From assembly GCA_043228905.1 (NCBI GenBank), contig JBHGNT010000020.1, positions 4,464,001-4,528,000 of the forward strand: a DNA stretch of 64,000 nt, given 5' to 3'. Each line of letters starts with the position of its first letter. Within the stretch, counting starts at the first letter, position 1. A program made the position numbers and the translations under genes. This document shows, in pieces, positions 26,691 through 38,400 of this stretch. The notes under the pieces are model-generated. The model did not search any database and was not told the origin of the DNA. It saw nothing but the letters and a program-made list of their open reading frames with translations. Source of the DNA: Azolla caroliniana. Its lineage: Eukaryota > Plantae > Polypodiophyta.

Positions 26691-28794
26691 TCACATAACA
26701 CATCTCTTCCGCTGCACAAAATCACTCCTGATTCTTTACATGGTATTAGAGCGCTTGTTAGCTTGATCCAAGTCCATCGTCTCCACGTGTGTTGTGCTTA
26801 AGCCTGCGTTCACGAAGAACCGACGGATCACTGTAGTAGCAACATGCATAGCTTGCATCACTTAGAAGAGAAAGAACAAAAACTCGCTCCAAACAAGTCA
26901 TCTCAACATGAACACTCAGATGGGAAACGCTCTCCCCACCGAGAAACTCGACAGAAACAATTTTGCATCTTGGGAATACAAGATGCACCAATACCTTGTT
27001 GGCCAAGGCTATTGGAGTTACATTGAAGGAGCACAAGAATCGTAACTACCCAGCATGGGATCAAGCTGCGAGTCGTGCGTTGTATTGCCTTGCATCATCC
27101 ATTCATGATCACATGCTCGACTACATACGAGAGACCAAAACACCAAAGGAGGCGTGGGGGAACCTCAAGAAGATTTTCGTGGCCAATATAGTTGCACGCA
27201 AGCTTCAACTCCGCCAAGAGTTGAACAATATTCAACAAAGGGACATATCAATCGTTAGCTACACCTTGAAGATCAAGGATCTGTGCGATGCCCTCGGGTC
27301 GATCAATGTTAACATTGACGATAATGAAATGATGCACATATTTGCCTCAGAGGCCCAACACCTCCGTTCAACGCCATTCGATCAATAGTCCTCACAAGGG
27401 AGAATCCTCCCTCCATCGATCTCCAGTTGATGTTGTTGGTCGAGGAGAATTATGTTCAAACAAGAAGCAATGTGCAAGAAGGACACATGCTCTATTCGAA
27501 TTTTGATGGACGAAGAGGTCGATTTGGCAAAGGCTGACACAATCAAGAGCAACCCCGAGAACACAACTTCTACTACTGGCAAGACGTTTCAAACGCGCGA
27601 GGCGGAGCGTCCAAAGAAGGGGGAGCAATCATGCCGGACCCAACCAACAAAACAATTCCATCCAGTGCGGATACCGTGGCCAATTCAGCCACTATGAAGC
27701 AGAGTGTCAAAAGAAGAAGAGTGAGTCGTCCTTCACAAGTCGACAACTCACCAACTACACCTCAAACTCCGACTACGACAATTGTGGTAGAATGTTCATG
27801 ATGCGGCATAGAGCAAATTCGATGACGGCATCATGCCCGACGGGCACCTCCAACTTAGAAAATGTATGGTTTGTCGATTCGGGTGCATCCAATCACATGA
27901 CATCTCATAAAGATTGGTTTCGCGAACTTCGAAAGCCCGTACGACCTAGCTATGTGGAAACAGGGGACGACACAATCCACACCCCATTCAGCATGTCGGA
28001 AACGTTGTCGAGGTTACTACGCCCTTGCGTGTAGAAAGGAGGAGGGACCACGGGGGTCTCGAACCGAAGAGCAAGAGAGAGAGAAGAAAGAGAGAGAGAC
28101 CCGATTACACAGAACCGAAGATCCGATAGCGCAGAACCGACGATTGCACAGGGACACGGCCCAACAAACAGAGATCCCAAATAAACGCCGACGTAGATGG
28201 ACGCAACAACGAGAGATATGTACTTATGAATGCAAGAAAATAACAGACTAAAGTATTACAACCCACGGTGGGGCACAAAATAGATACTAACGAAAACGAA
28301 CAGGGCGGCGAACAGCTGCCGACCCCTGTATGTCGCGACGCACAGAAAGGGAAAACAGGTCGGAGGTGCTGCAGGACGCACTCGGGGCGTTCCACGGAAC
28401 AGCGCAAGCCTCCTCGAAACCTGCACAGGTACGCGATGGAGCAGAAGACAGAGAGAGCAGGAGTGAGAGAGAAGCTCCGAAATCGGTTCGGCAGCACTTC
28501 GTCCTCTCCGCGGGAGATGCCCCACTTCTATTCTTCCTCTTCCTTTTATAGCCCGTCAAGAGGCCGTTTGGCATTAACTGCATACCAACCGAATCTACCC
28601 ACCTAGGATCCTCGTATGTACCTACTTCGTCCTTAGGTACTTCTTGGCGCGCGTGTGTGTGTAGAGCCGTTTCCCACGCCTTGTTCCTCCGATTCCTCTT
28701 GTGGGCGGTTTTCTTCACGACATCCGCCCCCACCTAACCGCGCATCCACCGGCATGCGCCAAATTAAGTTGGCACGGAGAAAACCGGCCCGCCT

Positions 28795-31700
28795 CTACTC
28801 TTCGCCTGCCGGCCCTTCCTCGGCCTCGGATCGGTCGTCGCTGCTGTCCAGGAGAATCGGGTCGGGTTCGTCGTCGTGCCGCTTCTTGAAAGCTTTGATC
28901 CTCTTCCCGGCCACGGGTATCGCTATTCTCGTACCGTCGAGCTCCGCCAGATGATACGTCCCGTTGTCGTTGGCGCTCTGTACCGTGTACGGCCCGAACC
29001 ATCTCCGTGCGAACTTCCGCGTTGCTCGGTGCTGGTTGTCGAGGCTGCTGTCGTAGACGAGCACCCAGTCACCTTCGTCGATTTTCTTCGGTCGTACCCG
29101 GTGCGTTCGGTCGAACCGGGCTTTGTTCTTTGTCCTCGCCACCCGGAGCTTCTCCGTAGCCAGTGCCACGTCCTCCGGTCTCCGCTCGAGCTGTCGTATA
29201 CGTGCGGCCAACAACTCCTCCCGGCTCATCTCGTCCCTCCAGTCGACCGTTGCCCACGAGGAGATCGTCCGTTCAATCGGCATGATCGGCTTCTGGCCGA
29301 ACATGAGCTCCGTCGGCATGTACCCGGTTACCGAACTGTGCGTGGTCCGGTCTGCCCACAAAGCATAAGGTAGAAGTCGCGGCCAGTTACCGACTTGGCC
29401 TCCGCATGCCCGAACCAGCGCCTTGACGATCGGCCCGTGTCCGCGCTCCACCTTTCCATTCGCCTCCGGGTTGTACGCAGTGGTGAGCGAGAGTTTGACT
29501 CCCAGCCGATCGAACAGCTCCGCGGCTTCCTCGGCGTCCAACTCCCCTCGGTCAGCCACGATCTTCCCGACGCACCCGTACCGGCATATCACGTCCTCGA
29601 TCAGGAACCGACACACGGCCGCGGTCGTCTTGTTCTGAAGGGCTCGGCCTTCCACCTGGTTCGTCAGGTCTTCCCGCGCTAGGACCAGATACCGCATCTG
29701 TCCTACCCCCATCGGCATCGTCACCAGATCTACCATCCATTTGAAGTGGATAGTCGGAGGGTACGTAGGGTGAAGCCCGTCCCGGTGTCGGACTATCGAG
29801 TGCATCTGACAACTCTCGCAAGTTGACACGAACCGATGCACGTCCCGGTACAATCCCGGCCACCAGTACTTCCCCTTCAGCTTCTCAAACGTCGCCCACG
29901 TTCCACGGTGTCCAGCCCAAGGGCTGTCGTGGTAGGCCGCCAGTAGCTCCTCCTGTTCTTCCTTCATCGCCACCACCCGGAGCGGGACGCCGTTCCTCTT
30001 CTTCGGGTGCTTCCACAAATGCCCATCTCGGAGAAGGAATCGATATGCTTTCTTCCGGATCCGGTTGGCCTCGTCCTTCGTCCATGACGCATCGGGCGTC
30101 ATTGTCTTCAAAAACCCGCCGATCTGCAGCCACTCCCCGTCGTACTTGCTCGCGTCGAACTCGTTAAGCGCCGGAGTGCTCATCCCGTCGGTCGTTATGT
30201 ATGCCGCCTCGAAGAAATCCACGCCGACTTCTTCGTCTTCCGAAACCATGCCGCCCTCGTCGTCGAACCTCGCCCTCGAAAGCATGTCGGCCATGGCGTT
30301 GTCTTTCCCGGAAATGTGTCGTATTTCCGGGTCCAGGGACTTGATGTACGCTATCCACCTGAGCATCGCCAGGTCCGGAGTCGCGCATCCGGAAACCATA
30401 CCGAGAATCGGCAGGCAATCCGTCTCGATGATCACTTCCGTCCCTATCAGGTAGTCTTTGTCGGCCTTAACCGCCGAAACAATACCCCAGAGTTCGCGTT
30501 TAACCTGGGCGTATCCTCGCTGCCGTTCACTGAGGACTTTCGCGCCGAATCGGATCGGAAACCGATTGCCGTCCTCGTCTTCCTGGTTCACGACCCATCC
30601 GATCCCGGTCGGACTGGTATCCACCGTTATGAATACCGGGGTACCCTTCCCGTATACCGCCTTCCGGAGTGCCGGTGCCGCTGCAAGGGCCTCTTTCAGC
30701 TTCCGGACCGATGCCGCGTGCTCGTCTAGCCATTCGAACCTTCGCCCCTTTTTCAGCAACCCGTACAGTGGCTCCGCGAGGTGTGCGTAATGCGGGATCC
30801 ATATGTGGTAGAACGCGCATGCCCCCAGGAATCTCCGTACTTCCGTGACCGAGCTGCAGTCGGGCTTCATCGCGGAGATGGCTTCTACCTTTGCCGGAGA
30901 CGGTTTCCGGCCATATGGTCCGCACAGGTGTCCGACCACCATGATTTCTGACTGCCCGAAGGCCGACTTCTCCCCGGAGAAGGTGAGTCTCGCATCCTCT
31001 AGCCTTTGCAGCACCTTCTCGCAGTCGTCGATGTGCGTCGCCACGAATCGCCGGCATCCGTCCGGCCCGATCGTCTCGTCCTTTTCTTCCACCGGGCATC
31101 CCTTGATCGGGATGTCGTCCAGAAACGGCATGGTGATGTCCGGGATACAGTCCCTCAGAACCTTGTTCATCGCATTCACCATGTGGGCCACCGAGTTGGT
31201 CCCTCCTTGCGGCAGTGTACACATCCGAACTAGGCCGAGGGGAGTTCGCATCGTCGTAATGTCTCTGCTCTCCACGGCTAGCTGGAACTGGTCGTACCCT
31301 GAGTATAGATCCCCGACCGAGTAAATTGACCTTCCGGCGAAGGCCTCCGCGAACTCGTCTATGGTCGGTCCGATCCCTGCGTTCCGAATGGTCACTCGAT
31401 TGACCGGCTGCAGGTCCTGGATGAAGCGCAACGAACCGTTTTTCTTCGGTACGGTAAACCATCGATTCGAATATGGGGCGCTCGACGGCTCGAGAATTCC
31501 CATATCAACTTTCTGCCTCAGCAGCTCCATCAACTTCGGGATGTGAGCTCTCGGAACCGGGATTGGCTTGAGATTCCATGGTACATGCGGTACCGTGAAT
31601 ATCACCATCGGCTCCACGATCGTCGGGTCAACGCACCCGATTTCCTCCGGCGAGAATGCGAAGGCCTTCCCGCGCCTTCCGAGCATTCTCCGAAACCGGT

Positions 31701-32292
31701 CTTCCTCCGCCGGCAGTAGGAACCCGCCCCCACCGATTTTGAGCTCTCGGAGCGTCTCGTCGGTGAAGGTGTGCCCTATGCAGGCCGGATCTCGTAGACT
31801 AGGGTCCGATGCAACCCCTTTGATTCTCGACGCGCTGTCCTCCGGTAAGGGTGCCGCGACTGGCCTTACCTTCCGGTCCACAGTCTTGTACTTGGTGCTT
31901 ACGTGGGCCGTCCGAACTGACTCGAGCCCTCGACCGAAGTCCGCGATGACTTCGTACATCTCCTCGGAACACACCGGTATCGTCCGGTCTTCGTTAAGGC
32001 CTTCTTCGACTACCTTTCCCAGCATTCCCAAGGTGTCGTCGAATGAGACCGCCTCCACGGCTCCGTTGATTTCCTCGTCCGGGCCGAGAACTCCGCACGC
32101 TCGAAGTCTCCCCTCCGCCTTTGTCTTCTCTCGGCCGCCGATGCCGACTATCGTACACGCTCCGCTGTCGGAGAACAAAAATTCCCTACCTATGGTACAA
32201 GGTTTCTTCGGTTTTATCGTACAGGTGTGGGGGTTTCCCGGGGTGTCCGGACTGTCGCGGCCCCACGCCTTGGCAGCCCTCTCTAAAAATCC
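28795..32292 (-). CDS. Gypsy pol (RT-RNase H-INT), intact, probably entered by -1 frameshift
   Basis: Open frame; GDLYSGYDQF, LPQGGTNS, FLDD, TVDTSPTGIGW, HHCC, WMVDL..ADRGE..NGKVERGH, WFGPY. Confidence 0.93.
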   Translation of the reverse strand, partial: GFLERAAKAWGRDSPDTPGNPHTCTIKPKKPCTIGREFLFSDSGACTIVGIGGREKTKAEGRLRACGVLGPDEEINGAVEAVSFDDTLGMLGKVVEEGLNEDRTIPVCSEEMYEVIADFGRGLESVRTAHVSTKYKTVDRKVRPVAAPLPEDSASRIKGVASDPSLRDPACIGHTFTDETLRELKIGGGGFLLPAEEDRFRRMLGRRGKAFAFSPEEIGCVDPTIVEPMVIFTVPHVPWNLKPIPVPRAHIPKLMELLRQKVDMGILEPSSAPYSNRWFTVPKKNGSLRFIQDLQPVNRVTIRNAGIGPTIDEFAEAFAGRSIYSVGDLYSGYDQFQLAVESRDITTMRTPLGLVRMCTLPQGGTNSVAHMVNAMNKVLRDCIPDITMPFLDDIPIKGCPVEEKDETIGPDGCRRFVATHIDDCEKVLQRLEDARLTFSGEKSAFGQSEIMVVGHLCGPYGRKPSPAKVEAISAMKPDCSSVTEVRRFLGACAFYHIWIPHYAHLAEPLYGLLKKGRRFEWLDEHAASVRKLKEALAAAPALRKAVYGKGTPVFITVDTSPTGIGWVVNQEDEDGNRFPIRFGAKVLSERQRGYAQVKRELWGIVSAVKADKDYLIGTEVIIETDCLPILGMVSGCATPDLAMLRWIAYIKSLDPEIRHISGKDNAMADMLSRARFDDEGGMVSEDEEVGVDFFEAAYITTDGMSTPALNEFDASKYDGEWLQIGGFLKTMTPDASWTKDEANRIRKKAYRFLLRDGHLWKHPKKRNGVPLRVVAMKEEQEELLAAYHDSPWAGHRGTWATFEKLKGKYWWPGLYRDVHRFVSTCESCQMHSIVRHRDGLHPTYPPTIHFKWMVDLVTMPMGVGQMRYLVLAREDLTNQVEGRALQNKTTAAVCRFLIEDVICRYGCVGKIVADRGELDAEEAAELFDRLGVKLSLTTAYNPEANGKVERGHGPIVKALVRACGGQVGNWPRLLPYALWADRTTHSSVTGYMPTELMFGQKPIMPIERTISSWATVDWRDEMSREELLAARIRQLERRPEDVALATEKLRVARTKNKARFDRTHRVRPKKIDEGDWVLVYDSSLDNQHRATRKFARRWFGPYTVQSANDNGTYHLAELDGTRIAIPVAGKRIKAFKKRHDDEPDPILLDSSDDRSEAEEGPAGEE

Positions 32293-34413
32293 TCTCGGTT
32301 ATCGGAACCGAGGGAGTCGCGGTTACGCTCGTGGTTCGGCCTAACCGTCAAAAACTGGACCGAATGGCGCCCGTCCTGGCTCTTGACCCGCGCATAGGCC
32401 GAACCGTTGTCCAGCACCTTGGTCTCCATTCGAGCCGCCGTGATGTACGGTTCTCCCAGTATGACGGGGTGCGATGACGACTCCTGCACGAAGAAGTGCT
32501 GGTCTATCTCGACATCGCCGATCTTGACCCGTACATTCGGGCAGGCCCCGTGAAGTTCCTCGGTGGCGCGCGTCGCCGCCCTTATCTTCCACCCGTGCTT
32601 GGTGTTGATCGGCCATTTGCCCTTCTTATAGAAGTCCATGGACATCAAATTGATCTCCGATCCGTGGTCCACCAAAGCTATCACCGGTTCCTGGACATCG
32701 CCGATCTTCACCGGGGTTTCCGTGGTCGCTCGGGCCCAGTGTGGTCTCGAATAGTGGCTTTCCGCCCACTCGTCTCCCAGCGCCATGTCGTCTAGGTGCG
32801 TCGTCCGCACTTCCACCGGTCTTTCCGGTTCTGTCTCCGTTGACAGCCTCTTCCGTTTCACCAAGTCCACGATGGAGTCGTGGAACTCCTTCTTGGCGAT
32901 TCCCAGCACCTCCCGTAGCGACAGCTCCACCTTGCTGTCGAGGATCCGTTCCTCCAGGACCTTTCGTAAGTCCGTGTTTCTTTCTATCTCCGTCCCCAGA
33001 CGGTACCCGCCCTTCTGGGGTTTATCTTGCGTACCGGCCCCGCCGGCTTCGTCCCGTCGTGGCCCGGACCGGGTCTCGTATCGTTGTGAGGGCCCGGTCA
33101 TCCCGGGTTTCCCCACCCGCTTCTCTTCTACCAGAGCCTCGTAGTTCCTGCAAGCGGCTTCCAAGAAGCCCGTCTTTTCCTCGACCGGGTCGCTCCACCC
33201 GGTCATCTCCCGTACCCGTTTCTCCGCACGGTCCGATTCCTCCCTTTTAAGCCCTGCACCGGCAAGGCCTTCCAGCATCGTCGGCCAGAATCCGGCTTTG
33301 CTTTCCTTTCGGGCCTCGCCGCCCCCGACTCGAATACCGGCCGACGCCGAGTAGTGGACGGTTTCCGCATGTCGGGCCGCCGCCTCTTCCATCAACCTCT
33401 TCATTCCGCCTCGCCCGTCGTTTCGGTTTAGGGCCCTTCTCGTGTCGTTGGCGTGAACCCGGCCTTCCCATAGGTACACCACCCGGTTCCTCAGCGCCTC
33501 TGCGAAATCGCCGCAGTCTTTTCGGATGTGGCCGACCCCGTCGCACCACATGCACCTGTTCCCTGCCGCCGGCCGTCGGTCACGAGCAGGTCCTCCGCCT
33601 TCTCTGCGGGCTTGTGCGATTTGGAGGTCTTTTATCGCCCTCGTCAGTTCCTCCAACGCAGCTCCCCCAGTCGAGCCTCCGATCACGCCGGTCGGAGCCG
33701 AACCGGATTCCAGCCACTCCCGAGTCTCTTCCCTTCGCACCGGCTGCGCCGGCTCGAGTTTCCTCGCCGCGACTGAGCCCGACCCGGTTGCTCTGTCATC
33801 CTCCCATTCTCGCCGTTTGTCGAAACGGCCGCAGGCTCTCTTGACCGCCGCCCAGTCGGCTGTCAGCCCATCTTCGGTTTCTAGCAGGGCGCCCACGTGA
33901 CTCCGATCCCTCTCGTCAACCGATTTGACGAACAGCAGGACCCGGCTTGTATCCAGGACCATCCTGTCAAGCGCCGAAAGGCGCGCGAAGTTCTCCTCGA
34001 ACTCCCGGAGGAGTGCCGACGCATTCCTTCCTTTCCCGGGAGACTCCACCCACTTCATGAAGCTTCGCTTCGAAAGCCGGAGCGCGTCGTCCAGTCCGTA
34101 TTTTTCCAGGAGCCGACCTTCGAACTCCTCCCAGGTACGGCTCTCCGCCCGCACCTCGAGCACCTCCGCGTGGATGCTCGGCATCGCCACTCGGGGAAAA
34201 CCGGCCAGACGCCTGTCTTCCGGAATGTCCCGCATTAACATTTTTCGTGGCATCTTTTCCGGTGAATCGACCGATCGTTCCGACGACCGCCTCAATAGCT
34301 CTATCGAGGGCGCCGGTGCCCTCGCGCGCGCTTACTATCCGATCCACGGCCGAAGCCATGGCCTCTGCAAGATCCGCCCCCTTCATTTCCCACTCTTCTG
34401 CCGCCTCTTTCAC
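32283..34413 (-). pseudogene. Gypsy gag-protease ORF with one frameshift near 34240
   Basis: CMWCDGVGHIRKDC knuckle; ALVDHGSEINLM protease and ILGEPY; N-terminus (..GRFTGKDATK) in another frame. Confidence 0.85.
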
Positions 34414-34426
34414 GTCGGGTTCACCA
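34409..34426 (-). promoter_or_regulatory. Primer-binding site, tRNA-Trp
   Basis: + strand ttcacgtcgggttcacca matches the 3' end of plant cytosolic tRNA-Trp plus CCA (recalled sequence). Confidence 0.85.
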
Positions 34427-35443
34427 AGATGTCGAGGTTACTACGCCCTTGCGTGTAGAAAGGAGGAGGGACCACGGGGGTCTCGAACCGAAGAGCAAGA
34501 GAGAGAGAAGAAAGAGAGAGAGACCCGATTACACAGAACCGAAGATCCGATAGCGCAGAACCGACGATTGCACAGGGACACGGCCCAACAAACAGAGATC
34601 CCAAATAAACGCCGACGTAGATGGACGCAACAACGAGAGATATGTACTTATGAATGCAAGAAAATAACAGACTAAAGTATTACAACCCACGGTGGGGCAC
34701 AAAATAGATACTAACGAAAACGAACAGGGCGGCGAACAGCTGCCGACCCCTGTATGTCGCGACGCACAGAAAGGGAAAACAGGTCGGAGGTGCTGCAGGA
34801 CGCACTCGGGGCGTTCCACGGAACAGCGCAAGCCTCCTCGAAACCTGCACAGGTACGCGATGGAGCAGAAGACAGAGAGAGCAGGAGTGAGAGAGAAGCT
34901 CCGAAATCGGTTCGGCAGCACTTCGTCCTCTCCGCGGGAGATGCCCCACTTCTATTCTTCCTCTTCCTTTTATAGCCCGTCAAGAGGCCGTTTGGCATTA
35001 ACTGCATACCAACCGAATCTACCCACCTAGGATCCTCGTATGTACCTACTTCGTCCTTAGGTACTTCTTGGCGCGCGTGTGTGTGTAGAGCCGTTTCCCA
35101 CGCCTTGTTCCTCCGATTCCTCTTGTGGGCGGTTTTCTTCACGACAACGTGCCTTTCGGTGAAGAAGGGAATCAAACCTACATCAAGAATGTCTTGCATG
35201 TTCCAACTATAACGAAGAATCTGGTCTTGGTCGGCCAAATCGTGGAACAAGGCATGCAACTTCAGTTCAATGACGAAGGATGCTTCATCGAAAAGGAAGG
35301 CTGAATTATCGCTAGCGGTCGAAGAGAAGGCCAAATGTTTATCCTCGACTCTCATGAGATGGAATAAGGAATCGACAATGTTTGCCAAGGGCCATCAAGC
35401 CGACACCAACATAGAGTTGTGGCACAAACGAATTGACCACATT

Positions 35444-38400
35444 TGTCACGACGCAACGACATCAAATACATAGTTAGTGAGGATTGAACCTGCAACCTCA
35501 CATCAATAAAATTTCATGCTCAACTATTTTCATATGAGCATGTATTTGTATATAATAGTTTATTATCGTATCGTCTAGCCTATAGTACACTTCAGAATCA
35601 GAATACTCTAGTTGTTAATATAATCTAGAAATATTGTACAGTATATTCTAGATGGGTATATTCTAGAGATATTTCTCGAATATATTCTACAGATATTCAA
35701 TCTCGGAACATGTATAAATACTTGTAACTTCCTTGGTCCCTTTCATGTGATTCAAGGCCAGTCATTGACACATCAATCTAGTATTCTCGTTTCATTCCAT
35801 CTTGTCTCCTTCTTCATCTCTGTCTTCATGCTCTTGTGTCATTCCTAACTTCTTAAGTTCCATACTTGTAACCCCATCATCCGTGCTCCGTCTGAGTCTG
35901 CGGTTGGTGTGTCCATGACAGTTTGAACCCCTTCCAACTAGAAGCATCACCCGTCTTCGTCATTGCCCTTTCTTCTCGAGTTACCATTGTCACTGTTCTT
36001 GCTTCCAAAGTCACCAGCCTTGCTTTTTGAGACGCCATTGTCACCATAGTCACAATCATTCTTTCTAGAGACACTTCCTCATCATCATCGTCTTCACTGC
36101 CTCGTCTTCGACATCATCATTTTTCAGCACCTCCTGTTGTCTTCATCAATGCTACTTTGCCAAACCTTCATACTCATCAACACTACTTTGCATGGTACTT
36201 GATTATCATCATTGTTCTACCCTCCTCATTGTCATTGTCATCATCTATAGGTATCATTTTGCATCACGATTTTGGCCAAGATTGATTTCAATTACTCACC
36301 TTCACAGTTCCAGTGGGGGTTATAACCACTCACTTTCTTCGTGGGGATCGAATCATTGCTCATTTGCACTCCATTTTCATTTCGCTTCAAGTTTCACTCC
36401 ACTTTCCTTTGGCGAGGATCAATTTTGATCGCTCACCTTCCCAGTTCCGGTGGGGGTTACAACCACTCACTTTCTTGGTGGGGATCGAATCATTGCTCGT
36501 TTACACTCCATTTTCATTTTGCTTCAAGTTTCACTCCACTTTCCTTTGGCGAGGATCAAATCATTTTTCACTTGCACTTCATTTTCATTTTGGTCTACAT
36601 TTCACTCCACTTTCTTTTGACGAGGATCGATTTCAATTGCTCGCCTTCCCAATTCCGGTGGGGGTCACTACCACTCACTTTCCTGGTGGGGATCGTGTCG
36701 GTTTCTCGCTAGCACTACCATTGGTGCCATGTTTTGGGTCAACCTTGACTATACCCTCTCATGATAGAAGAAGTCGAGTCGACTGCTTCACTTGCACTCC
36801 TTTGCCCATTGTTGTTCCAGTTCCCGGTGAGGACTGCACATGGTCACTCACGCCCGTTCGTGTTCCAATTCCAATTCCCAATGAGGTCCACACATGGTCG
36901 TTCATGTTCCAATTCTTGGTGAGGAACGCACATGGTTGCTCACACCCATTGGTGTTCCAATTCCCGGTGAGGACCACACATGGTCGCTCACGGCCATTTG
37001 TGTTCGTGTCTTTCGTGAGGACTGCACATGGTCACTCACGCCTGTTGGTGTTCGTGTCTCCGGTGAGGATTGTTGTTGGGGTGGGGGGTGAAACCTAGAA
37101 TGGCTTCACCCCCCTCCCAAGGGGGTTAAGTTAGAGAGAGACCTAGAGAGAAAGACAAATACAAAATGACACAAAATGAGAGGGGGAAAATTGTATATCC
37201 ATTAGATGCCCCATAAGGGGTTTATATAATACTTAACGTAACGGTAATAATGACCGTTACAAAAGAGACGACCGTTACACTCTTGTCACATGCACATAAT
37301 TGTGCATGTGCTCACACATACACATCAACCATATCATTACACATACCCTTATGCCTCCCTGTATATTCTTACGGGTAACACATGGCACGCCTGTGGGACA
37401 ATGCATTGCACGGTGAACCCACTCGCCATGGCAATTCTTCTCGACCGGAACTCCATCGGTCATCTCAACGGTCAAAAACCCCTCGACCGGATCACTACTC
37501 TACGATCGATAACTTCGATCGGAGCTTTGCTTGACTCGAACCTTCTCGTTCGGTCAGCACAAGTCGCGATTGGATCATACACCAATCGGCTAGTACAATG
37601 TGGCATGGGTCGTTAAATCGTGTTGCGCATTTGTGTATTCTTTCTTTCATCATGTGAAGTGAGTTTTATATTTTTTATTCTTTGGTCTTTAAAACTTTTT
37701 ACCCTCAAATGTTTTGAAATTTTATTTTTAGCCCTTGCGTTTTCGAAATTCTGCATTCTGCCCTCCAAATTTTGAAATCTCATGTCATGCCCTTGAGCTT
37801 TTGAATTTTGTCTTCTACCCTCGAGCTTTCGAAATTCATGTGCGTACCCTTGAGTTATTGTAATTTTCCTTATGCCCCTCTTCTCTTTCTTGAATCCTTT
37901 TCCTTGCACTGCAACTATTTTCCCAAGCTGGGCCTCGATGGTCTCCATCTTCATTCTCCAATTCTCTCGTTTTCCTTAACATCCATGGCTTCCGTGCCCT
38001 AAAGGTTGCGAGAATGGTTCCATTGAACCCAATATTATTCTTCATCTCTTCTAAAGCCTCATGATTTGTGTTGAATCCATGCCACTTCTAGTTGTTCTTT
38101 GCTTTACGAATAAGAACCCGAACACTTTCTAGGACAATCCTAATATCACACAATCTCCTCCATTGTAGTCTTAGACAATTAGCCGCATCATCCTAAGTGA
38201 TGGATTCGACTTGTTCATTGGTGTCAAAGTGCAGGAAATTCTCACACAGAAGGCTAAGAGACTTCCTCTTACGATTGTAGGAGTGGTTATTGGCTTGGAG
38301 AGGGTTTATTCCACCCAACATGTAGGGGCAAGGTAGGACATGGTTTGGCGTGGCTGGAATCTGAATGCATATGCTAGATGCTTCTCACATGAATTAGAAT

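Larger units (their letters stand above)
28006..35146 (-). mobile_element. Young full-length Ty3/Gypsy (non-chromovirus, fungal-like / non-seed-plant type); 717-bp LTRs at 28006-28722 and 34430-35146
   Basis: LTRs identical by reading; 4-bp TSD ACGT; PBS complementary to tRNA-Trp; PPT ggtgggggcgga. Confidence 0.97.

Noticed and set aside
28655-34458. Many long antisense or alternate-frame ORFs over the young Gypsy (e.g. 31568-32344, 30527-31462)
   Set aside because: Expected shadow ORFs of GC-rich coding DNA; no motifs.
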